Under the pieces are notes generated by a model. It searched no databases, was not told the DNA's origin, and worked only from the letters and a program-made list of their open reading frames with translations. This document shows, piece after piece, positions 9,344-24,127 of a stretch of 39,626 nucleotides of DNA (the first letter of the stretch is position 1; each line of letters opens with the position of its first letter). The translations under genes were made by a program, and so were the position numbers. The DNA is taken from positions 1 through 39,626 of the forward strand of contig JAHLWZ010000948.1 of the NCBI GenBank assembly GCA_020536535.1, given 5' to 3'. This stretch comes from Pelomyxa schiedti. Its lineage: Eukaryota; Protista; Evosea.

Positions 9344-12300
9344 CTAGACCACCACTCTTACACAATTGTCTCCCCCCCCCTCCCCCTCCCCCTCACCAAC
9401 AAAGTGATTTGTTGAACCAAGTGCAATGACAGTGGGGGCATCAGTTTGAGAAGATGGAGTTGTTTTGGAGGTTTTGGGTCTTTTTGAAGCTTTTGGCTGA
9501 GTCACCCCTGAAACAGACCTCTCCTTGTGGATGCAAGCACCAATGGCCTCACAAAGACCCACAGCTACATCTAGACAAACTTGTACATCAAGGGAAAAGT
9601 GCCACTGAAACATTGAGCTTTTTCCCTCCATCTCCTCTTGTCCATAGAGTGTTAAACAGGTTAAAAAAGTGTTTCCCCACATTTTCCAGGCGTCGGTGCG
9701 CATGACAAGGCCCTCAGACCCATCGGTCATCAGTTCTCAGAAAAAACTCCGAGCGAAATCGTGGGGTTAGTGGTAATGAAGTCCGAAAACGAACCCCCAA
9801 AGCACAGGCACAACCTTCCAATGTTCTGTGCAAATGTTTTTAAGCTCATGCGGTACCATTTTTGGGTTTTTAGAGTAAACCCAATTTTTGCCACACCTCA
9901 ACACTGTTGGGTAAGGAATGTAATTGTTGTGTAAGATTGATTCTTTCTTCTGGATCCTGCACATGAAGAACTATCATCTTCTCAATTCTTCCCATCTGTG
10001 TGCATGATACACATTTAAGTGGTAGACTTACATAAGCGGAAAGACATACTTCCTGTTGACATAGTCTCTTTGTTATAAGGTCAATTAGAGTCAATCCTTG
10101 TTCCTGGGTGCACTGGTTGTGAGGTAAGGCTCTCATGTAAATATTGTAACTCTTAAGAATAATATCTCGCAGCGAGTTCAATGCAAGCTTTTGGTTGATG
10201 TTGGGCACAGTGTGCACTAGCCGACACAACTTCTCTTAAGGAAATCAGGTGTTTTTTATAGACGAGTAACAAGTGCCTTTTACCAGTGTTTTCACATCGG
10301 TTTGGTCTTCTAAGAGTAATTTGAGACCTTAGTGAGATACATTGAAATATGTAGTTTGTACCAGGGGTACTTGGCACATTGTCTTCCACCATGCCTGCAC
10401 AATATGTGTAAAGGCAATGAAAAGTAGACAGTATTACCATAGCACAGCTGATACTTACAACCATCAATCAGAGAGTGCAAAATGGCGGAGGAACCAAAAA
10501 GGAAGAGGGTGGAAGTGGACAAAATAATAAACTGCTTGTATGTACTCTACCAAAATGGTTGGGGGGAAAAAAAAAAAACGTGTTCTACCAGTGAGTTCGT
10601 TGCTGGATGTAGAAACTTCTCTAATGTTAGATACTCTGGTTCTTTGTATAAAGGAATATCACTTATAAAAATCGCAATTACTATCAATAAAAAAGATGTG
10701 AGAATGGTAAAGGAGAATAGGGATGTGAAACCAGGCTCAGGAGTTGCACTGCAGTAGGAAAAAAACTCGAGACATAGAGCCACAGATTGACTGCATGGGA
10801 CATTACATGAGAATCTAATATTCACTTTTTTGAGGTATTTGTAAGAGAAGGGAAAGCTAAAGGTTGTTACTACTACCTGCAGAATGCAAAGGAAGTGGTA
10901 GGGGTCTTTTTAACTCTGTACCTTTATTGGCTGAGATACAAAATATCAAAGGAATACACTCACATAACAGTGCCACACTTCGAAAGTCAACGATATTGCA
11001 TAAGTCAGTGTCCCAACTGCACAAAGAAATCTTTTCAAAGGCAATAGAGTCAAGAGGCACTTCAGCTACGGATTTGTGTATCCATATGCAGTTCGGCTTT
11101 AAGTCTACATTTAACATATTTAATAGATATAGCTAGATCTGTTGCTTATAGGTAGAAGAACACCTGTATAAACTCTGTAAGGTGTTGTCTTGAGCATATC
11201 CCTCCACAGAAAAGACCAGGGTTTGGCCAACTCAGTTGCCATGCTGTAACAAAACATTGCATGCTTGAGGTTTGTCATTGCATTGAGTGGTTCCTTGAAA
11301 ATTGTGCAATAAACCTACAGAAGGCTAGAAAGTATTAAATATGTACACACAGAGCATTGCAGCAGCGAATTTGGCAAGAGGCAGCAAGTCCAAGCAAAGG
11401 GTGGTGTTGCAAGGAGACCTCCATCGACAGGAACAACAGATAGCAAGCCACACCTGTTGAGATTGCTGCCAATTGCCTTCAGCTTTTCGCAGCTGAGGGA
11501 GCCCTCTGGAAAAAACAGAGTTTTTGATGAAAACTCCCAATCGGAACTCCCCCCAAGGTGGAGAAACGCGTCAAGGTCGTGCTGCTGGGCCTTGAGGTCC
11601 TTCACATAACTGAAATGATCCCCCAAAGAAAAAGGGAAAGAAATTGTAAAAAAAAACAGAAAAAAACAAAGGGACATACTGTTGCAGTGTTTGGGTCCAG
11701 GCATTTAGCACATACTGCTGCAGTGATGGCATTATCAACCTTTGACAGGACTCCTTGACTCTACCAAAAAAAAAAAAAAAAAAAAAAAATTACATTTACT
11801 GTACAATAACAAAAGGAGGGGGCCACATACTGGGATAGAAAAGCCTCAAAACAATAAGGGAGACCCGTGAGCAAGTTTGCCACCTTGGTGCATCATAATC
11901 CCCCTATAACAATGAAAGCTAAGATGACTAACCTTCTCCATCTCCACATCAGGGTTGGAACCAAAAATTGGGGAAGACAAGCCAAAGAAATGAACAAGTG
12001 CCTTCAGAATAAGAGAAGAGTCAAGGGCAGAGCCCTATATTTTGAGAATGCAGAATTAAAGTTAAAAAAAACCTAAAATGAAATCAAATAGAAGGAGCAC
12101 AAACCAGGCATGACTTGAAGACTTTACGGGGGAGGCCTGAATGAAGCAAAACCAAGGCATCAGGCCCAGATATAAAGACTGTTGTCCTAGCAGAGGTCCG
12201 CATATGATCCAAAGTCATGAATGCAGTTTGAAATTTGCTCTTATCTTCTTCCTATCAGTAGTTTGTGTTAGTGTTGGCTGAGTGGCAAAAATGATACAAA

Positions 12301-13008
12301 CTGCAAATTGACAGTGTGTGAAATGCATGATTTGATGTAGATGTAGCAGTTGCTGCTGGTTCAGCACTGTTGCTTTTTTGTAAAAAAAAAAAGTGTTAGT
12401 GTTATGCTGCAGCATAGTATGGTGAGGATGTTACCAGTAGAACAGGCACTCAACAAAAAAGAGAATGGCTTTTCAAAATAAGGCAAATGCAAAGCTTGTG
12501 CAAGCTCTTTGACATTGGAGGGCACTTCTTCCCCCCCTGTTTTTTAAATTAAAACAGTGCTGTGTGTGGGGTTGTTAGGCTGTGAAGTACCCCAGACAGC
12601 ATAGATGCAGCTTGAACCACTACTGATATGTTCTGCCACTTCATGGAACTCCGGCGTGGAGAAGAATAATGGCAGTGGGCTGACTTGTGGTGGACAATTC
12701 TCCCAGTAAAGAACTGCTGACCCAACACTTGGTTGGTAACGTCTTTCAACAACAATGTTGGAAGAGGAGGTGATTGTTGCCTGAGGTGCGTTTTTCGCCG
12801 CTGTTGTTGCTTGAGTCGTGTTAGAGCAGTCGGGTTGGGGGATATCTTCGTTGTCAGACTCCTGGTTTTCATCTTCTTCACTGTCCACCATCACCTCCTC
12901 CTCCTCCCCTCCTCCCCCCTCTGCCTCTTCATCTGAGACCGTCGTGTGTGCTGCTGTGCTGCATTCTGTGGAGTCAGCCAGCCTCGGCCCGCGTCCTGGT
13001 TCCTGCAT
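9344..13008 (-). CDS. Long multi-exon hypothetical protein with acidic N-terminus (could be more than one gene; possible frameshift near 9740)
   Basis: Succession of minus-strand ORFs (12544-13008, 11315-11704, 10857-11117, 10547-10825, 9870-10229, 9344-9730), several of which join through short GT-AG introns. No family recognised. Confidence 0.5.
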
Positions 13009-13446
13009 GCAGCCTGCCGGGTGCGAGTGCGAGTGCTAGTGCCCTGCTTTTGGGTGGCCGTGCGGGTTCGATTGGAGTAGGTCCGACGCAACGTGACGGC
13101 AACAAAAAAAAAAAAAAAAAAAAAAGGATGCTTACTTGATTGTTTCACTATTTCACACTAACTAGCGTAGCGCGACAGAATCGACTGCCAATCGCCGAGA
13201 GAAGAAAGAATAGAACAGCTAGTCACGGCACCTTCTCCGACTGGGTGCTTTCAAAAAAAAAAAAAGTAATTGCTTTTCGTGTTGCCGATAGAACTCACAC
13301 GAAGTTACCAGTTACCAACTTCGTTCTGTTCTTTGAAGCCCCAGGAGCCGCTCCGTTAGCCGTTCCCTTGCTGGTGTGGGTGACGGATTAGGACTTACAC
13401 CGATTTGCCAGTCGCTTCTGTCGTTTTTTTTTTTTTCCCTTTTTTT

Positions 13447-13750
13447 CTAACCCAGGCACAACAAAACAGCACTGACGACCAGTGTCAACAACACCCCGGC
13501 TCTTGGGGGTGGGTAACCCAACAAACGGCGGCCGTTACGGCGCGACACCGCCATGCCATGACAACTCCCGTTTTTCCCGTGTGGCGCGGGCCTTGTGCCT
13601 TCTGTGATCCCCCCCAGTCGGGCAGCATTGTGCCTGTTCCTTGCCACCCCGGGGAGTCTTTCCTTTGGCGCTCGCAGCACCGCCAATTCACCATCGTGTA
13701 GCCCCTTTGGCCCGGCGAAGGGGCTCTCCTGTATTGAAAATCTACGGCCC
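13447..13750. other. GC-rich, hairpin-dense intergenic segment (candidate structured RNA or bidirectional promoter)
   Basis: At least six stem-loops in ~300 nt between divergent genes. No known family recognised. Confidence 0.3.
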
Positions 13751-13885
13751 TTCGAAATCAATCTTCAGTACCATCATCACCGAGAGCCTCCTGCCAAACA
13801 AAGCAACTCGAGAGTTTCGATCAAAACAAGATTAAAAATTCGGAACAAAAAGAACGAAAACATCACCATTAAACAAACAAAAATA

Positions 13886-16800
13886 ATGGCAGCCAGGACA
13901 CCCGAAGTAAAGGTCAACATAAGCCTCAATAACACCAGTCTTCCAAAGCCTCGAACCACGCACATTATTTCTCTTTGCGGTCTCTATCACTGAATTTTTG
14001 AAACAGGGATGGTTGATTAAAAAACCAGAGGGAAGGGGTGCCTCAAAGAAAAGGTGGTTTTATCTGTCCCCTGACAATAGATACTTGCACTACTGCAAAA
14101 AAGAAGGAGATGGTATCCACTTTCGTTACTTTTTGTCTCCTTACCACTAAACAAAAATTTGAAGGTAAGAGTTTGGGCGCCATTGACCTAAAAGCCGTTA
14201 AAATGGTAAAAGAAGTTGATAAACGGGTATGAATCATACAGCTGTATCCACAGTGTTTCTAAATTTTTTCTCCATTCACATAAAGGAAGGGTCTTTCACA
14301 ATTAGTACCCCAGAACGAACTTTCGAACTTCGCACTGTGACGCCAGAAGAATTACCCCTCTGGTACACATACATATTTTTTTTGAAGTACTCACTATGGG
14401 AAAAGGATCAAGTTAATACAACAAGCTGTTATAAGAGCTGATACTCCCGGTGAAGACATGATGTTACAAGCTCAGGTTTGGTGCCGCCAGCCATTCCTCT
14501 TCTTATTCAATTGCCAGAGGGCGAAAGAGAGCGAGATAACTGCACTACGAACAGAGATTTCTGCATCTAAGATGGCCTTCGAAAAGTAAGTAGAAATTCC
14601 CACATTAATATTGTTAATGCGGAAGAAAAAAAGAGAGATAGCCCTCCTCAAAAAACACTTACAAGAAAAAACGGAAGAATGCAATGTGGTCACTGCCAAA
14701 GCTACACAATTTGAGCAACAAGTATCTCTCTTGCAATCTTCCAAGGAAGCTGTAGAAAAAAATATGGCAATAATGAAATCCGATATGGAACAGGTTTTCA
14801 CCTTCTAGTTCAGTCTTTATCTAATACTTGTGAAGCAAACTGCTACTGAGGTGAAAGCAAAAGAGGTATGCTCACCCATTTCGTTGAATTGTTTTTAAAC
14901 AAAACAACCAGGACTTGAAGAGAGAGCTAGATGAAAGCAAAACGGTAGGATTTTCATGTCGTTTCCCATCATCTAATGCTTACCTACTAGGAATCTCAAA
15001 AAACCATCTCCGCTCTTCAATCGGATGTAGAAGATCTCAAACTAGAACTCAAAAAGGAGGCTGAAAAGCCAACACAAGATAATGCTCAGCTTCAGAGATA
15101 TGCAGCTGAGAATAGCTTATATCAGAATAAGATCCGAGAGTTGGAGATGAAACTGCAGGGTGAACGCAGTGACATTGCGAATAAACTGCGTAACAGTGAA
15201 CAGAGAGTTGAAGGAGAACGACTGGAGGGGGAGAGACGATTCAAAGATATGGAGGACAAACTAGTAGAAAAGGATAATAGGATTAAAGAAATCGAAAATG
15301 AGCGCAACGAAATGTCAAAGAGATTACGGGAGAAAGAGGAAGCCATGGGCGCGAAAATGTGTGTTGCAAGTTTGTTCAACCACTTCTAACCTTTCTTTTC
15401 ATCACTCCTTTATATTCATGGCATTATCTAGTGCAGAGCACACTGAGGCACTTTCCAAGTTGGCCTCACAGCTACATGCTGCAACTGACCAGCATTCCTC
15501 CTCGTCTCGCAAGTTTGAATTGGAGAAACAAGATCTGATGTCACAGATCCAAGAAGCTACTACCAAACAGACCCTGCAGGAGCACACAATAAACGAATTG
15601 ACAACGAAGCTTAGTGAGAGAGAAAAGGCTCTTACAGAATTGAAGGAAACCAAAGACAGTTTCCAGACCCAGGACATACAACATAGAAGCGAGTTGACAC
15701 AAATCAGAGATGCTAACGCCGTTCTCACTCAACGTATTGGGTGGGTGAATGACGAAAATGAAAGATTAAAAAAGCAACTGGATGAGCAGAAAAGACGCAT
15801 TAAAGATGCGGAGTCAATGGTTGCAGACAAAGTCCGCAATTTTGAGGAGCAATTGCAACATTCTACTGAGAAAGCAAATTCCCTAGCATTACAATTGCAG
15901 CGAGTTGAAGCCTCTCGTCAATCTGAGCAGGCGGCCTTCTCCAGAGAACGGGAGGAGTTAACAGATAAGCTTTCCACAGCTGAAAATGACTGGGGGCGAA
16001 AGCATGCAGCTGCTCTTCGCGAAGCAGAGCTGAGTGCACAGCGACTTAAAGTTGCACAAGAGGAAGCAGAGAGTAATCATCTACTTATTGCAAAGCAAAA
16101 AGCTGAGTTGGCAGCAGCTTCTGAGAAGCTCTCAGCAGCTAATTTAGCTTGTGCAGAGTTGCAGAAAAGTCTCGCCAGCAAGCAGGATGAATTGAAAGCT
16201 GCTGAGGATAGATGCACAAAGCGTGTGCAGGAGTTAGAAGACGAAGTGTCAAAAATCAGGCAAGCGAATACAGAGACGGCGTCAAAGTACCAGAGAGCGG
16301 AACTTGATTTAAAAGCCAAGATACAACATGCCAGCGATCTTGAGCAACTTCTCTCTGATACTCAAAATAGCAACTCCCAAATACAAACTGAAAAAGTTAA
16401 ACTCGAGTCCGATTTGAGCCAGGCACGAAGCGCAAATGCACAACTTAACCTCAAGTTTACCGATGTAGAAGCTTCTCTCTCAAAAAAAACCAAAGAAAGT
16501 GAAGAGCAGCAACGTTCTCTCTCTTCACAGTTACAAACTTTCAAAACGACTGCTGCCTCCGCCGCTTCTCAGATTGAGGCTCTCAACACAGAGAAGAAGC
16601 AAATAGCCCAAAAGGTGGAGGTACTGGAACAGAAGCTACTAGCCGAGCAAGAGTCCAGACAGAAACTAATGGAGACCATTTCAAAAGTTGATAATGCTGA
16701 AGGTAGCTTAGCTATTTTAAAGGGTGAAGTGGATTCCCTCAAGCAGCAAGTTTCCAAGGAAAAAGAGGAGAAAGATCAAATTGCGACTCAATTTGACGGG

Positions 16801-19288
16801 ATGCGTGACCAACAACAGAAGACTCAATTGCAACTTGAAACAGCGCAGCGTGAGTTGGAGCAAGTTAAGCAAGAAGCCAGCAACTCCGATAAGGACCTAC
16901 AGAATGCACGAAGTCAACTTCAGGAGGCTGAAATCAAATTACGTGATGCACAACACGCCAATACTGCCCAAATCGAGGAACTTGGTTCACTCAAGGCAAA
17001 GGTTGCTGAATTACATGACAAAAACCAGGCGCTTGAGCTGCAACTGAAGAAAGAGCGACAGGAGTTGAATATGCGCATATCCGATCTCTCCACTTCAGTT
17101 TCTGTAGCCCAAACTGGCATGGAACAAGCAAAAGCAGCACTCACTGCAGAAAGTGACCAGGTTTCAAGACTTAGAAAGGAAGTAGAGACGTGGCACAATA
17201 GCTATAAACAAGCAAACGAATCAACAACCTCTCTTAAGGATAAATTGAAGAAACGCAAATCTGCCATAAAGACACTTACTATGAATGAAGAAACAACCAA
17301 AAAGCGCGTGGAAGAGTTGACCCTTGAAGTGGAGAAGCAACAACAATCTGCCTCAAGGCAAGTACGAGACATTACTCAACAGCTGGAGGCAGAAAGATTG
17401 GCACATCAATCTACAGTTACTGAAGTCCAAGAATTAAGGACAAAGATTTCAAAGGCGCAACAAGACCAACGGAAGGCAGCTACTGGTATGTTCCTTTCCT
17501 GAGATTTTCGCTCACACTTTATCAGAGTTGGGGGCAGCTACCGATTCCGCAAGAGACGAAGCCACTAGAGCGAAGCTGGAGGCAGAACAACTTAAGCGCG
17601 ATATTGAACAGTTAAAAAAACAAGTGAAGCAGCTTCAGGATGAAAAAACTCAACTGGAGACAGCTGCTGAAACCAGTGACAAAGAACGCTCAGCGGCAGT
17701 GGAGAAACAAACAACAACACATTACCAACTCCAACAAGTGCAAGCCGAGCTTAAAGCTAAGGTGGATGAATGTGCTTCACTGACCGCTCTTCTGGAAAAT
17801 AGAAAGAGAGCTGCAGCATCGGCTAGTGAACAAGAAGCAAATATGAATGCGGCAAGTAAAGAAGAATTGGAAAAAGCAAAGAAGGAACTGGAAGACTGGA
17901 AAGAGAAGGCTCGATTAGAGAAGCACGGAAAAAGACTTGCTGAAGATGCAACTGCGAACCTCAAAGGAAAACTCTTAATGTTGGAGAAAGATGTTCAATC
18001 CAAAACAGAAGCCCTCAAAAAGGAAAGGGAAGCAACTTCAACTACACGTATGTTGAAGACTTTACAATATGTTTTTTTTTTAATTTTAATTACTGTTGAA
18101 AAGGAGGTGAAATGGCTGCTCTGGAAGATACTATAAAGCTATTGACGCAGCAACTGGATGCACAGGTTTGTTTGTGAACTTTTTAATACCTAGCAAGACC
18201 CTTTTTTTTGTTCAGAACAAGTCGTTTGCCAGTAGGTCCCCTGCTTCCAGTGAAGTGGTATTTTATTGTTTCGTCATCCCCTTGACTCAGTGAGTTTCCT
18301 TCAGATGACCTTGAAAAATAAAATTCAAATTCTGGAAGCGGAGAAGCAGCAACTTGAGGATGACTTCAACAACAAGCAACTTGCGTGGAATGAGGAGAAG
18401 GCCGAGCTGGAAACCGTCAGTCTCCACTCTTTAAACAAATCCGACTACCTATGCTGACATCCCACAGAGGATGACGGAAGGAGGTGGACCTGCCATTGCC
18501 TTCCTTAAGCAAGAGAACGAGGCTCTCACACGCAGATGTGCTCTTGCAGAAGAAGAACTTTCCACACGCATTAAGAAAATTGATGATACCTTGGAAGCCG
18601 CGCAGGTATCATCCCCAACTAAAGAGCTTCTCGCACTTTGACTGTTTTCTTTATTCAAAAACAGAGTTTCTTGTCTGGCAAAACATCCAAGCTATTGGTT
18701 GCCAAGCTAGAGGCATCCAAGAATCCTTTCGCTGAAGAAATCAGTGCCTACAAATCACACAGTTCAATGCTCATGGTGGAAGTGAGCACCCCCCTGTTGG
18801 TTCATCACTTGCACTAATAATTCCCATCACGCAGATGAATCGGTTGCAAAACGAAGTCAAACTCAAAGATGCCCAACTCTCCCGCCTACGGAAAGACCTG
18901 GACAGCAGACCGGCTAAATCAAGCCACACCACAACCTCTACTACTTCTGCCGCCGCACCGGCTCCCGATCCAAGAATCGCCGAGCTGGAGGAGTTGAAGT
19001 CTAGATACTTCCTCACCCTCGGAAGATCAATCAAGCTACAGGGTTCTCTTCTTGGCTGGTTTTTTCCCTCTTCCCTTAATTTAAACTAGAAATTTATGTT
19101 TCATCTGATTCAATTAACAAACACACAACCCCATTCTGAGGTGCCGTTCAACTTGACTTACTTTCCCCAGGTATTCCAATGTTGACCTTGATGAACTGTA
19201 TGAAACAGTACTAAGGGACAATATTCCACTTGATAAATGGCCAGCGTGGGTCACTGAACAAGTCCAACGTGCCAAACAACTTCTGTAA
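13886..19288 (+). CDS. Large PH-domain plus extended coiled-coil protein
   Basis: Spliced N-terminus VKGWLIKKPEGRGASKKRWFYL...SLGAIDL...FTISTPERTFEL...W is a PH domain. It is followed by >1000 aa of heptad-rich E/K/Q/L sequence and a small globular C-terminus (LKSRYFLTLGRSIKL...LDELYE...IPLDKWPAWV). Stop TAA at 19286-19288. Confidence 0.85.
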
Positions 19289-19422
19289 ACTCCCAAAAGT
19301 ATTATTAGCTGGTATTTTAATACACCGCGTTTATTTGACTCCTCCAAAAAAAGAAGAGTCTTCTGTTTCAGCAGTTTGGTTTTTTGGTGTTTTAGTGGTG
19401 GGTCTATTGTGAGGTATTTGCA

Positions 19423-21812
<2,390 letters not shown>

Positions 21813-22243
21813 TTTTTAATATCGCCTTTGATCAGATGGAACGGCAGATCTGGATTAAGTTCCGGGCACGCCAAACACAGTAAAACCCTGCACCTAATCC
21901 ACGCAACGCACGAATGCAACTGCATAAGGTTCTTTGTTTGGGAAGGCACAGGCACACCAACACGCGCTCCCTCGAGGATTCCTTTTGGACCGTTTTGGCC
22001 TCCTTTGGGTGGAAGCTTTTTTTGGTTGTTTTTTTTTGTTTTGTTGTCACAACACTGTGATGCAAACAATGAGTGGTCTGTATGTAGGACAAGAAGAAAG
22101 GTGCAAGTCGGAATTAACTTTCACTAAAGCTTCTCACGTTCTTTGTCCAAATGAAATATTTTTCTGTTTTTAGGTTAACACAGGGGGATGTGTAAGAGGG
22201 CATACCTGGGTACCAAACCACTCAGCTAGAAGTGATGTGGGTG

Positions 22244-22737
22244 TTAGTGGCCACTGGCTTGCATCTGTTGTTGTCTAAGGGCAACAAGGCGATCTCTTTG
22301 TGCCACGGTCTTTCCTTCCAATTCAGTGGTATCCGCTTCAGTCTTTTTCAGCTCTGAATTAATGAACTCGATGCGTTTTCGAACATTGGAACGCGCTTCC
22401 GATGTCTCTTGTGCTATCAATACAGGTCCAACGAGTTTGAACACCTAAAATACAAACAAAGGCAGCAAAAATGCTAGGTAAATAAAATAGCCAAAAAAAA
22501 AAGGGGGAGTTAGAGGACACACTTGGGCACTGGCGTCAACTGCTTCCAATTCTTGGGATACGAGTTGGTTCTCATTCAATTGCGTGAGTAACTTTTCTTT
22601 TTTCCTTGTTGACTCCTCAAGTTGCTTCTGAAGACTACGAAACTTCCTGCCCTTACACACACAAATGACGCCAGTCAGCTCAAAACAACCATTTCATTTG
22701 TCTTCGGTACCTCGTCTTCAAGATCCAGCGCCGTCAT
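22244..22737 (-). CDS. PFDN6: Prefoldin subunit 6 (beta-type)
   Basis: Three exons; LLTQLNENQLVSQEL...VFKLVGPVLIAQETSEARSNVRKRIEFINSELK. Confidence 0.93.
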
Positions 22738-22936
22738 CACTCAACGATTTATTCTTGAATAGTGATTTCGTTAGCCGTAGATTCTCCTGATCCGGAGTCT
22801 TGGGCTTAGATTGATAGATTGGCAGGTTTCTAATGTGTCTCGGCAATTGCACAGTTGGTAATTAATCTAGCGAGATTCTGTCTTCATTTCATAAAAACTA
22901 AAAAACCAAGCACCATCAAGCGTTGCGGTCGGCACG

Positions 22937-23668
22937 ATGTCGTGGGGAGCTCCCAGAGGTGATTTCCGTGGTGGGCGTGGCGGAGCCGGTTTTCGCGGAG
23001 GACGCGGAGGAGATTTCCGCGGTGGTCGCGGTGGCTCCCGAGGCGGTTTCCGTGGAGGACGCGGCGGGCGAGATTTCGCGCCAATGGGACCCCCTGAATC
23101 AGTGATTGAAATCGCTTCATTTATGCACGGTAGTTACCCCTTTTTTTTTTTGTTAAAAAAAAAAACCCTTGCTCTCCGTCTCTTGTTCTTGCTCTGACTT
23201 GGTTTTAGCTGCGGAAAGCGATTTGGTATGCAAAATACTGCTTGACAACAAGGTAATTTGTTGGTTTCTGGAAGTGGGGGTTTTATTTATTCCATCCAGG
23301 TGCCGATGTTCAACAGTTCCATATTTCTCAGCAACAAGGTCGAAGTCGGAAAACTTGACGAAATCTTTGGCCCATGGAACGAAGTTTACTTCACCGTTAA
23401 GCCTGCAGAGGGCGTATTGGCTTCATCGTTCAAAGCCGGTGATAAGGTGTACATTTCTCCGGACAGACTCCTCCCCAAGGACATGTTTAAAGATGAGGAA
23501 AAAGCACAGAGAGGAAGAGGCGGTGCTAGAGGAGCCCGCGGTGGAAGGGGAGGCAGAGGTGGAAGAGGATCCTTTGGAGCCCGTGGCGGCAGGGGTGGAA
23601 GAGGATCCTTTGGTGGAGGCCGTGGGGGAAGGGGTGGTGCTCCAAGGGGCAGAGGAAGAGGTTTCTGA
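22937..23668 (+). CDS. GAR1: H/ACA ribonucleoprotein complex subunit GAR1
   Basis: RGG boxes at both ends; core GPPESVIE...[26 protein letters not shown]...FTVKP...LLP; two canonical introns. Confidence 0.96.
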
Positions 23669-23913
23669 GCACTTAACTGTTTTTGAACTTGTGCAATATC
23701 TTGTTGACCCATTCCTTCTTTTTATCACTACAAGCAGTACTCTCCTTTTTTGCACTTCCTGGCCCTCTTCAAATCCAACGTTTACCAAGATAGAGCAAAA
23801 AAAAAAAAAAAATCCTCAAAAAAAACCATCCCTAGACTTTCACCCTTCTTCCCTACCGTCACACCACAAGAGGGGTGACAGTTTGCAATTTCTGGGTTTT
23901 TCTTAGTCCTCGC

Positions 23914-24025
23914 TGTGGGTCACACTACACCTTTGTAGTTTCACCGTGTCCGGAGGCTACACAAATTCGGCCAGCTGAGTTTGTGTATCCAGGGGAATGC
24001 AGCTTAAACGCACTTATGGTCTACA
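23914..24025 (+). other. Candidate structured RNA element between GAR1 and the RNA ligase gene
   Basis: 13-bp stem 23958-23970/23975-23987 with two G-U pairs, 6-bp hairpin 23924-23939, and closing stem 23914-23922/24017-24025. Confidence 0.3.
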
Positions 24026-24127
24026 ACACAGGCTTCGTAAAAACAACAACAACAAAAAAAAAAAGGAGAACAAGGAAATGTTCCAGGATTAACCTTAAGA
24101 CGCAATGGGGATACGGAAGGCTACGAC

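Larger units (their letters stand above)
6819..9364. mobile_element. Putative non-autonomous foldback-type DNA element with ~1.19-kb TIRs (5'-TGTGT...ACACA-3'), possible AT target duplication
   Basis: Long TIRs, no transposase, AT dinucleotide on both flanks (6817-6818, 9365-9366). Removing the element restores a plausible 38-nt GT-AG intron. Confidence 0.5.
8178..9366. repeat. Right arm (1189 bp) of long inverted repeat
   Basis: Reverse complement of 6817-8005, separated from it by a unique 172-bp spacer (8006-8177). Confidence 0.97.

Noticed and set aside
9600-9860. Transib/RAG1-like fragments (FFLRTDDRW)
   Set aside because: Motif pieces lie in different frames and are better explained by the spliced host-type gene.
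10864-11136. Possible tyrosine recombinase C-terminus (TLRK...HM...Y) next to the palindrome
   Set aside because: Motif match is poor, and the ORF is antisense to exons of the spliced minus-strand gene.
13471-13530. Hammerhead ribozyme core CTGACGA
   Set aside because: No properly placed stem II-GAAA or stem III.
13640-13670. RNase MRP CR-I-like GGAAAGACTCCCCGG on the minus strand
   Set aside because: Two extra bases, no matching CR-V (GGGGCU) downstream and no GARAR loop.
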